Source of the DNA: a bacterium | GTDB taxonomy: Bacteria > Patescibacteriota > Minisyncoccia > Minisyncoccales > GWA2-46-15 | Direction of reading: 5' to 3' | Length of the DNA stretch: 57,372 nt | Assembly: GCA_030693425.1 (NCBI GenBank) | Contig: JAUYAM010000003.1 | Coordinates: 1 to 57,372 of the forward strand | Shown here: piece after piece, positions 19,108 to 29,500 of the stretch | Numbering within the stretch: the stretch's first letter is position 1 | How the letters are laid out: the number at the start of each line of letters is the position of its first letter | Notes under the pieces: model-generated | The model's input: only the letters and a program-made list of their open reading frames with translations | What the model was told of the DNA's origin: nothing | Database searches by the model: none | Translations under genes and position numbers: made by a program

Positions 19108-19740
19108 CTACATGGTACGAGCCAGGGTGAAGCCAAAAACCCTCTTTACTCCCGACTTTCTTAAAACCTTGGCACATTCTTTCATTGTCGCTCCGCTTGT
19201 CCAAATATCATCTACTAGTAGAACATTGTCACTAAAGGAGCTAAGCTCCTTTCTTCGAAAGGAATCTTTGACGTTGACTAACCGCTTTGTCTTGTCTAAT
19301 TTTGTTTGGGACGGCGTGTCTTTTATTTTTTCCAGCAGAGGTAATATCTTTTTCCTTGTAATTTCTCCGATTTTTTTGGCTATTAATTCCGCCTGGTTAA
19401 ACCCTCTCCGTCTTTCTTTTTTCTTGAAAAGGGGCACAAAAGTTATTATTGTGTCTTCCGGAACATACGGTTCTCTTGTTTCAAAAGCCTTTTCAACAAG
19501 CTCGTCGATGGCGTCAAACATCCCGTCGTATTTAATTTTAAAAATAATCTCTTTGATCAACCCTTCGTACTCCCAACAACTAACCACTTCCTCCACGCTT
19601 CCCTGTTGAAAAAGACTGGGGGCTTCGGAAAGAAATAAGCTGCATTTTTCGCAAATATACTTTCCCTCTTTGCCGCAACCAACGCAACTTCTCGGCAAAA
19701 TTATATCCAAAACCGTCTCTTTTAATTTCTCCCACATCAT
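19108..19740 (-). CDS. comFC: ComF-family phosphoribosyltransferase-like competence protein (ComFC)
   Basis: N-terminal Cys4 (CVGCG...CEKC) and the PRTase motif VLLVDDIWTSGATM. Confidence 0.9.
   Translation of the reverse strand: MMWEKLKETVLDIILPRSCVGCGKEGKYICEKCSLFLSEAPSLFQQGSVEEVVSCWEYEGLIKEIIFKIKYDGMFDAIDELVEKAFETREPYVPEDTIITFVPLFKKKERRRGFNQAELIAKKIGEITRKKILPLLEKIKDTPSQTKLDKTKRLVNVKDSFRRKELSSFSDNVLLVDDIWTSGATMKECAKVLRKSGVKRVFGFTLARTM
19234..19252. repeat. Perfect 19-bp palindrome AAAGGAGCTAAGCTCCTTT inside comFC coding sequence
   Basis: Read directly. Encodes KELSSF just before the PRTase motif. The central base is A, so it is inverted relative to 16474. Confidence 0.9.
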
Positions 19741-19756
19741 CTTTTAAAACTTGGCC

Positions 19757-19779
19757 TCATTGACGACAGTCGTCAATGA
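19757..19779. repeat. REP-like palindrome family 1 (TCATTGACGACAGTCGTCAATGA), immediately 3' of the transposase gene
   Basis: 23-bp perfect palindrome, ending 2 nt before the stop codon at 19781. Confidence 0.9.
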
Positions 19780-19780
19780 A

Positions 19781-20494
19781 CTAATCTTCTAATGTTAATT
19801 TCCCTAATTCATTATCTAAATTTACTTGTTCTAAACATTGTTTTGCAAATTCTTTATATTGTTCCGGGCCTAAAAATAATTCTCCTAAAATATCTTTATC
19901 GATAATTGGAGAATCTCTTTTGCCCGCATAATCTGCCAAACTGCAATAAGGATATTTAATCGCCCAATCATAAGCTTTTTCAAATTCATTAACCGCTTTT
20001 TTGTATCCCCCTGGATACATTTCAAAAACATTTTTTACTTGAATGTACACGCTAAGATACTTAAAATATATTTCTTCATCTATTATTTTTGACCTATACG
20101 GACCCTGAAATAGTCTTCCATTTTCTTGGTGTCTTGTATTAAAATATTTTGCCATGCTTGTCCCGAACCTTTTCATAAAAAAACTTATACCGTTCTCCCT
20201 GATTTCTTTCAGAAACAAATGATAATGATTTTCCAATAAGGAAAAGCTAATAATCTTTACAAGCGGTTTTCTTTCCGGCCAGTTGCCCGGCCAAATAAAT
20301 GGCTTATTGACGACAGTCGTCAATGAAGTCTGTATTTTATAAAAGGGGTTGGCCGCTACAAATTCATCGTTAAGATAATATAGTATTTCTAAAAAGTGCC
20401 ACTTGTCCTTATTATCTCTAACAATTTCTTGCTTTCTGTTCCCGCGATTATATACATGCACGAACGAACCAATTGTAATTTTTTCTCTTTGCAT
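19781..20494 (-). CDS. IS200/IS605-type Y1 HUH transposase-like protein (REP-associated tyrosine transposase-like)
   Basis: 237 aa. An N-terminal VHVYNRGN strand, an HUH motif in LLENHYHLFLKE, and a Tyr-containing helix YLSVYIQVKN. Flanked by cognate palindromes. Confidence 0.85.
   Translation of the reverse strand: MQREKITIGSFVHVYNRGNRKQEIVRDNKDKWHFLEILYYLNDEFVAANPFYKIQTSLTTVVNKPFIWPGNWPERKPLVKIISFSLLENHYHLFLKEIRENGISFFMKRFGTSMAKYFNTRHQENGRLFQGPYRSKIIDEEIYFKYLSVYIQVKNVFEMYPGGYKKAVNEFEKAYDWAIKYPYCSLADYAGKRDSPIIDKDILGELFLGPEQYKEFAKQCLEQVNLDNELGKLTLED
20306..20324. repeat. REP family 1 palindrome (ATTGACGACAGTCGTCAAT) inside the transposase ORF
   Basis: Read directly. In frame, encodes SLTTVVNK about 30 aa upstream of the HUH motif. 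Confidence 0.9.
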
Positions 20495-20509
20495 TTTAGT
20501 TTATCAGTG

Positions 20510-23500
20510 TCATTGACGACTGTCGTCAACTGTCATTGGGCTTGGCACGGTTTCTAGCGACGCTAAAGGCTCGGGCGAGGGTTCGGGGCTGGGCGCGGGC
20601 GACGCTGCCGGGGTTTCACTTGGGGATGGTCCTTCGACAGGCTCAGGATAAACTACAGGCGATTCGCTCGGCGCCGGAGAAGGTTCTGGCGTTGGCGACG
20701 GCGTTTCCGGCGGCAGTGCGTTAACACCTGACGTTAAATCGGGCGCACCAACGTCAGGTGTTGGCGCGGCTGGTAAAACCGAATTATTAGACTGCGGGAA
20801 GGGCTGGTTGGCAGCGGATTTATCGCAATCCCCACGGAATTTCTGCCACTCGCCGTTCTCAATCCAGGTGCACCAGATCTCTCCGGTAGCCCGGTCAACC
20901 ATTTCAATCTTGTCCACGCGGGCGGTCTCGGCCGTGACTTTTCCGACAATGATTTCTTTGAGCTGAGCAATGCCGTTTTCCAGAATCAGGCCTAGAGAAG
21001 CTAAAACCTGCTTGATTTTCGCTTCCAGCCAAGGCATGGGCGTTTCCGAGCCGATGCCGCCTTCAGAATTCAAGTCAATGCCTAAAATTGTTTTAATCTC
21101 GGCAATGTCCTGATTTTGTTTCTTGGCCACTTCCAAGAGATAAAGCGGGATCTTGTCGTATTTCAAGCCATTGGGAAGGCCGTCTTTGTCGTAAATAACC
21201 AACTCGCCCAAACCGACATTGGCAAATTCTTCGGCAATAAAGCCGATTTCTTCATGGCCAGAGGCCTTGTCAGTAAAGAGTTTCGGCGAAACTTCTAAGA
21301 TTTTATTAAAGTCGACTTCAAATAAACGGATGTTATCTTTGTATCTTTGAGAAGAGGAATCGTAATAGAAGTTGCCGGTAGCAGTGTCAACCCTGACAAG
21401 ATTGTAACTGGCTGTGCCGGTCAGGCCGGCAACGGCAAATTTGGTTCCAGGAGCTGTCGTCCCGATGCCGACGTTGCCGCCTGCCAAAATGACAAACTTG
21501 TCTCCGCCGACACCAGTAGATGAGTTTACTTCAAAAGCATTGGCAGTGGCGCCATCGGCCAAAACAATCTTTTGGCCAACCACAGCCGTAGAGCCGATAT
21601 TCAAAGTTAAGCTGGCCCCGGCTAAAGTCACCACGTCGCCAGCTTGAGTAAGCGTGGCATCGCCATTGTCCCAGTTAACCACCCCGCCTTCAGCTAAGAA
21701 CAGATCTGAGAATTGTAAAGCGGTTGTGCCTAAATAAGCGCCGTCATTGGCATCGGGAACGAAACCGGTGGCAGCGGAAACCAATATTGATTGCAGTTGC
21801 GCCGTAGAAGCATTGAATATCAAGCCGGCATTTGTTCTAGCGCCTAAACTACCGGACGCCGCTGTCGCAAACAAAGGAAAAGAGGTGGTGTCAGCCGCTT
21901 CATCTGCCACTGTCACAGTGACGGCGTTGCCCGTGATTGAACCGGCAATGACATTGGTAACTTCCAGGTCAGTAAACCAGCCTTTTACCACGCGGGTGCC
22001 TGTCGCGCCTAAAGAACCTGTAATGTAAGATGTCCCAACTACATGGAGCGGAGCGCCTGGATCTATTGTCCCGATGCCGACGTAGCCGGCAAAATAAGCG
22101 GCGCCGTCTGAATCAATGTTAGCCACTTCGCTTCCGTTTTTGGTTTGGATGGAGAGTTTGGTGTTTCCGGAATTATCGCCGAGTTTTAGGTTAAGGTTAG
22201 CCTGGTTATTGGCTTTAATGTTGGCGGCGGTGAGGGAATCAATTGCCAGTTCTCCCTCGGTCATGGTCAGGCTGCCGGTGAGGGTTAAGTCTTTAGTAGT
22301 AATGGATTTTTGGACAGTTAAATCACCGGACTGGCTCATGGAAAACTTCCCGCCGGCGACACCGAAATCAAACTCTTTGGATTTAAGCTTGCCGGAAAAA
22401 TTGGCAGTCACAGCGTTTAAGTCTTTGACAACAGTCAAATCTCCGTTTCCGGAGAGGTTGGCTAACTGGGTCTTAACTCCTAGATTATCTAGTTTATAAA
22501 ATGTAATATTTCCGTCAGTATCAACAGCCAAATTCGGGTTGTACCAGGAAATATTTACCAGCATTGATATTTTTCCACAGGTTATAGAAGGATCGGTGCC
22601 GGAAGGACAGTTAATTATTTGCTCCGGATGATTAATTGGGTCAAAAGCCTCTAAGGCCTTGCCCACTGACGGTCCGACGTTGGTGGCTTTCATGCCAAAG
22701 CCGGGAATGGCGGAAGAGGTAAGAATATCGCCGATGTTGACTTGACCATTGGCAGTAGAGACTTTTATAGGAACTCTACCAGACATGGCAATGGGTTGAG
22801 GATTAGTGGAAAAATTAATTACTGCTCTCCCGAATGTTTGGACCGGAGAAGTTGAAACAATTCCTAATACCTCTTTCTGATAAGATTGATCAGCTTTTTT
22901 TACAATAGTTACTGTTTTTTGTTCGTTTTCGCCAAGAAGTTCTCCAGTTAGAGCGTTTACCTTAGGAGATTCGTAGTTCAAGGTTTGATTTGTGGCTGAA
23001 ACAATGTCAGCCGGCTCAACTCCGGTTTCTGCAGGATACCACTCGGCAATGTCTCCCGGCGCTGCTGAGCAAGCAACAATATCACGGTCGACAAAAGTGG
23101 TATCAGAGTCGGCACCTGAATGGCACAGTCCATTGGTGGTGGCGGTACCATTAGAATCAAGTTGAATATCCCCATTAACCTCAAATTCTTGACTCGGTGC
23201 CACCCCGATGCCGACGTAGCCGGCAGCGGTTATTGTCATTCTTGTAGAAACAGCGGCGCTGCTTTCAGTAGTTTGAAGATAAATTGCTCCGCCAGTGCCA
23301 TCAGTTGTTACGCTTACACCGCCAACTCCACCCCTTAAATATAAAACTCCTCCTGTGCCGCCAAGTGTATCTCCAGTCCCGCCTATTCCACCATATACAT
23401 AAGCATTTCCGCCAGCGCTACCTTGTAGCCCACCAGCTCCCCCAGTTCCACCCCTTAAATATGAAGCCCCGCCAACGCCAGAAGTATCTGAAGTCCCGCC

Positions 23501-26500
23501 AGAAGCCACTCCGCCTGTTCCTCCAGTTAAAGTAATTCCTCCGCCTGCTCCGCCCACCCTTGTTGTTCCTATCGTAGTTGCCGTCCCGCCAGTTCCTCCT
23601 GTAATAGTTGCAGTTCCACCTTTACCGCCAGTAGAGGAGGTCGCAGCCGAACTGGCAACACCTCCAACTCCACCCGCAAAAGTAAAGTCTGCTCCTATTC
23701 CGCCAACTCCAGTTGAAGCAATTGAGGTTGTCCCGCCTATTCCGCCTGAAATTACCAAAGTATCTGTTGCCGCAGTCCCCGGAGTTGTGCCGGCATCCGC
23801 GGGTTGTGATCCGGCAATGTTGAGCACTGCAGTTGGTGTCGCGTCTCCGATGCCGACGTTGCCAGTAGAATCTAATATCATTTTTTGATCCGCACCGATA
23901 TACCAGTTGAAGCCGGGACCCCTGAAATCAAGGCCTGTTGACGAAACACCTAACCCGTGTACCGCATTACTATCACCATCGTCATAGAGCTTAAGTTTCA
24001 TATTCGCTCCTCCAGTATTTGAATATGTGCCTCCGAGTGACAACGTAACAGGAGTAGCTGTTTCTACCGGGCTTTGTGTTCCAATCTGGAGAGTATTCAA
24101 CGGACTGGTCGTCCCGATGCCGACGTTACCAGCATTTGTAATTGTCACAGCAGCATTTGTCAAATCTGCACTTGTGACATCAGCGGCTGATTGAGCCAAA
24201 AAGTGTAATGACCCTCTACCATAAGTAGAAGTTCGCTCGAATACAATCGCTGACTTTATTGGATAATCAGAACCACTAGAATATGAAGCAAACCCCATGC
24301 CCACAAAAGCATTAGTAGCTATATTTCCTTGTATACGTAGGTCAAATGTGTTTGGCGCAGAGTACTGAATATGAAGTCTACCTTGTGGCGCTGTCGTCCC
24401 GATGCCGACGTTGCCGGCTCCTGCTTCTGAGACAAAAGCATAGGTGTTGGTTACAGACGATCCTCCACTGGTGGTTGGCGCGGCGGCATAGTTCAGGTAG
24501 AGATTGGTGACCACGCTGGTTGTCCCAATCCCGATGTTTCCGCTGGCATAGTTGACAAACAGATTGGTAAGTTGGGGCGATGTCCCTCCTATCCCAATGT
24601 TCGGTCTGTTGTATAAACCATAGATCGAAGTTACCGGAGTAGCCGAAGCCATTGTTCCCGTGTAACTGTTGTTGAGCTTGGTGGTGTAGTATGTTCCCGC
24701 ACTGACGGCTGTAACTGACTGACCAATATCCAAAGTTCCTCCTGGCCCCGTCGTCCCGATGCCGACGTTGCCACTGTTTGTTATTCTCATTCTCTCGTCG
24801 GCCATCCCCACTGGGCCTGCATCGGAAGCAGAATCATTTAAAAATACTATATCGCCCTTACCCCAAAAACCAGTAGTGTTAACGTATCCAATAGCACCCT
24901 TTCCCATTCTCCCCGCCGCACCATCCACAAGAAAATTTTGAAAAACGGTATATCCGATGTCATTGTAGGGATTTGCAAGGATTGAGGCGTAGACAACTCC
25001 CGATGCGGCGACAGGTGAAACGTGAAGTGTGGCTAATGGTCCCGTTGTCCCGATGCCGACGTTGCCGGCATTTGCTTCTGTGACAAAAGCATATTTGTTA
25101 GTCAAGGTGCCTGCGGTTACTGTAGGAGCGGCGATGTAAGAACCATACCAATTTGTTACCGTTGTCCCACTTTTATTTAAAGTAAAACCACTCTTTTGAT
25201 TGAATATGTTGGTAACAGTATTACCAGTGTATGTGGGATTGACATCCAAATAACCGCCCGGAGACCCTGTCGCGATGCCGACGTTGCCCCCACCTGTAAC
25301 TAGTGCGTAACCAGTAGTTGAAGTAAAGTAGCCCCCAATACCCGATGAAGCATTCTGTCCATACACGCCATAGCCGGTACTGCTGTTATATCCATGCACA
25401 CCTTTGCCGGCGGCGCCAGCGTTAGATCCATACACGCCGTAGCTGGTGCCGGTGCCATATATGCCGGCGTTGGCTACACCGGCACCTCCAACACTCAATG
25501 TCGATATGGGTCCCGTTGTCCCGATGCCGACATTCCCGCCTGCCAGGATAACAAACTTGTCCCCGCCCACTCCGGCTGAAGAATTGACTTCAAAAGCATT
25601 GGCAGTGGCGTTGGCAGCCAGGACAATCTTCTGGCCGACTACGGCAGTGGAACCGATACCAAGGTGCAAAAGGGCAGTAGGTGCCGTCGTCCCGATGCCG
25701 ACGTTGCCGCCTGTATTGAAATAACTGTTTCCGTTATACCCTCTAAAACGAATTGTTGGAGTTACGCTACTATCACTACTAAATAAGTCGAAATATCCGC
25801 CTGAGTTATTCCCTAACAAAGATCCTGCACGGATAGAGCCAGTTGTTAAATTTATTCCAGTACCTTCTGTTGCACCAACTATGTCTAACTTATACCCTGG
25901 CCCTGTCGTCCCGATGCCGACGTTGCCGCCGTCATACACTCCAAAAATTGTGGAGCCATTGTCCCTTGCCAAGAAAATTGGGGAAGTTTGAGTACCATTG
26001 TCTGCAATTAAAGCTGCTGATTCAAAAGTGGGTGTAGTATTTTGCAGCCCAAAATAACCAGCGATTTGTATCGGAGAGGTGCCGGTATTAAGTCCAAAAG
26101 CGGCTAATCCAATATTTGTGGCTGAGTTCTTGGCAATGGTAGCTCTGCCTAAGATGCCGAAATTTACATTGCCGTTTTCTCCCAAACCAAACAGACCAAT
26201 GTTTGTACCCGTTGTTGTACCATAAGCTAGACTGTTATTGCCTATATTGGTAGAAGGAGAAGTAGCTGCGGTAGAAAGATTCAAATTCGTCCCTGTTCCC
26301 GCGACCGAATTTCCGATAAATAATCCACGGGCACCAGAAGTACCCGTGTAACCAGCATTATATAATATTCTCATTGCTCCATTGTTAAAACTGGAACTTC
26401 CAGCACTGGTAACATTAACATCGATTCCAAATTGCACATTTGTTATAACTGTGGGTTGGGTGGCGGTTATACTTAAACTATTAGTCTGGTCAGTAAGTGT

Positions 26501-29500
26501 TCCACTTGCAATATCCAGTGTTGCCCCCGGTGCCGTCGTCCCGATGCCGACGTTGCCGCTACTATCAATTCTCATTCTTTCGGTAGAACTTTCCGAGCCG
26601 TCGGCAGTTGTCCAAAAACTTAAACGCCCTGGCATATCTCCTGCACCTGGTGTGCCATCTACGTAAGCAGCGATGTATGCGGCAGTTGACTGATAGTCAA
26701 CACCATCATCTCCGCCCCAAGCAATCATTCCTAACTGGTCATTGTTTTGTGCGATTGTGTAGCTACCGATGGCAGCATTACGGCTTTTGCCAAAAATTAA
26801 CTTAGGCGCAAGGGCATCTGCTGATGCTCGAAATATACCAATTGATGAATCTACCGCACCCGTTCCCAATACTTGCAATTCTGGTATCTGACCGGCTCCT
26901 GAGCCAGCCGTTAGTGTCACCTGTGATGAGTTGCCAATGATTAAACCAAATCCATTTGATATTTCAGTATCCCCATTAACCGTTAATACATTACCAGGTA
27001 AAGTCGTCCCGATGCCGACGTTGCCGGCTCCTGCTTCTGAGACAAAAGCATAGGTGTTGGTGACCGATGACCCACTATTTAAAGTTGGCGCGGCTGCATA
27101 GTTCAGGTAGAGATTGGTGACCACGCTGGTTGTCCCAATCCCGATGTTTCCACTAGTGTAGTTAACAAACAGATTGGTCAGCTGGGGTGATGTTCCTCCT
27201 ATCCCGACATTCGGCCGGTTATACAAACCATAGATACTCGTCACCGGAGTGGCTGAAGCCATTGTTCCCGTGTAACTGTTGTTGAGTTTGGCGGTGTAGT
27301 ATGTCCCAGCGCTTGCTGCCGTGACTGCCTGACCAATATCCAATGTCCCTCCCGGACTCGTCGTCCCGATGCCGACTAGGCCCGCCGAAGTGACAACGAA
27401 GGAGGCCGTTGCCGAACTATTGACTTGAAAAATTTGTGATGGCGCCGTCGTCCCGATGCCGACGTTGCCGGCTTTCAGATATAAAGTATTGACAATGGCG
27501 CCGGTGTTTACCGATGTGAAAGGCACGACCGAGTTTTGAGTCAGAGTAAAATCCGCGCCCGGAGCAATGTTGGCGATGACCGGAGAGGTAATAGTGGGCG
27601 AAGCGTTAAAAACTGCAAGCCCTGTGCCTGTTTCGTCGGTTACGGCAGCAATCAAGTTCGCAGATGTCGGGGTTCCGAGGAATGTCGCCACACCTGTGGC
27701 AAGTCCACTTACACCTGTGCTGATAGGCAACCCAGTGGCGTTGGTAAGCACACCTGAAGCAGGAGTGCCTAATGCTGGAGCCACAAACGTTTTATTACTC
27801 ATCGTCTGGGCTTTGGTTTTGAAAGTGAACTCATCCACTACATTGGCAAAATCTGGGATAGTCAGAGTCGTAGCCCCAACTGTTTGGGCGGTAAGTGCGA
27901 CATCTACAAGATACGCATTTGTTAATTTAAGAGGAGTAGCCGCGGAAGTTGCGAGAGAGGTTGCAGAAGCTACGCCGAGAGTTGGAGTTGTCAAAGCAGG
28001 CGAGGTTGAAAATACTAAATTAGTTGATGTAGTGCCAGTTGCGCCTGCGGCGGTATAACCCGTGATATTGTTAAATAAAGTAATTGAAGCAGTTGAACCT
28101 CCTGTCCCACCGTCTGCAACTGCAACATCATTTCCTCCTGTGCTGTAAATTGTTCCCGTTATTCCTTGTAGAGTTAGAGTTGTCGTTCCCGCTACTGCGG
28201 CGGCATTCAAAATAGATGAACCAGAAGTTGAACCGGCGAGAATAAACTTATCAACAGCCCCTCCGATAGTTCCAAATGTTTTAGCTCCTGTTACCGTTTG
28301 AACAGAAGCAAGAACCATATCTCCAGCCCCGGCAGTAGCCCAAGTTAATACTCCCGCACCATCTGTTTGCAATAATTGGTTCGCGGTTCCATCATCGATG
28401 GGTAGAGTAAGCGTGTAAGTTCCTGCTGCTGCGGCAGGTTGAATGATAATTTTACCAGAAGTATTGCCAGCAAATGAAATAACACCCTTAGTAGTTCCTG
28501 CTAATCCTAATGATAATAATTCAAGTGGTGCCGTCGTCCCGATCCCTACATTCCCGCCTGCCAGAATGACAAACTTGTCCCCGCCGACTCCGGCAGAAGA
28601 GTTGACTTCAAAAGCGTTGGCAGTAGCTCCCGAAGCCAAAACAATCTTTTGACCGACAACAGCGGTGGAACCGATGCCTAAATGTAATAAAGCGGTGGGA
28701 GCGGTAGTGCCGATGCCCAGATTGCCGTTAATTCCTACAACATCTGTCGAAAAATCTCCCCAGATTAAAGGCGAGGAGGAATTTGAATTTTCAATGTATA
28801 GTTTATTAGAGCCCGTTTCGTTATATCCTGCTTGATAGCCAAAAAATATGTTGCTGGAACCATCGCCATTGTAACCAGCTGCATAACCTATCAAGACATT
28901 ATTAGTGCCGGTATTAAGGGCGGCAGTAGTATAGCCAATAGCAATACTATTGCCTCCAGCAATGGCATTTTTACCCACAGCCACAGCTTGATTGCCGGTC
29001 GTGCTCGCATCGGATCCTATGGCCACGCCCCTGTAAGCAGCAGAAGCGTTGGAACCAATAGCAACGGCTCTGCTGTTAGTAACGGTAGCAACGTACCCTA
29101 TTGCCACTGATTCGGTAAAAGAACCGACAGAAGCAAGATAACCAAACTTTTCGCTCGAACTATTGGTCAAACTTGTAATATTTCCGACCACCTGCAAGGC
29201 TGCTATCGGTTCCGTCGTCCCGATGCCGATGTTGCCGCTTCCTAAAATTGTCATTGCTTGGGCCAGAGCACTGTCTGTGGTGCTGGTGATGGCGGTAATG
29301 CTGACAGTTGCTCCTGTCCCTGTTCCGCCGGTGGTTACCTTGCCCGTGCCGGTCGTGTAGCCTGTTCCTGCCGCCGCCGGAGCCGTGTTCAAGGTTAGAA
29401 CCACGCCGCTTCCATCAACTGTGGCTACCGTCACTGTTCCACCCGTTCCTCCAGTCGTAACCGTCAAAGTGTCAGCGGCAGTGTAACCAGTCCCGCCAGC

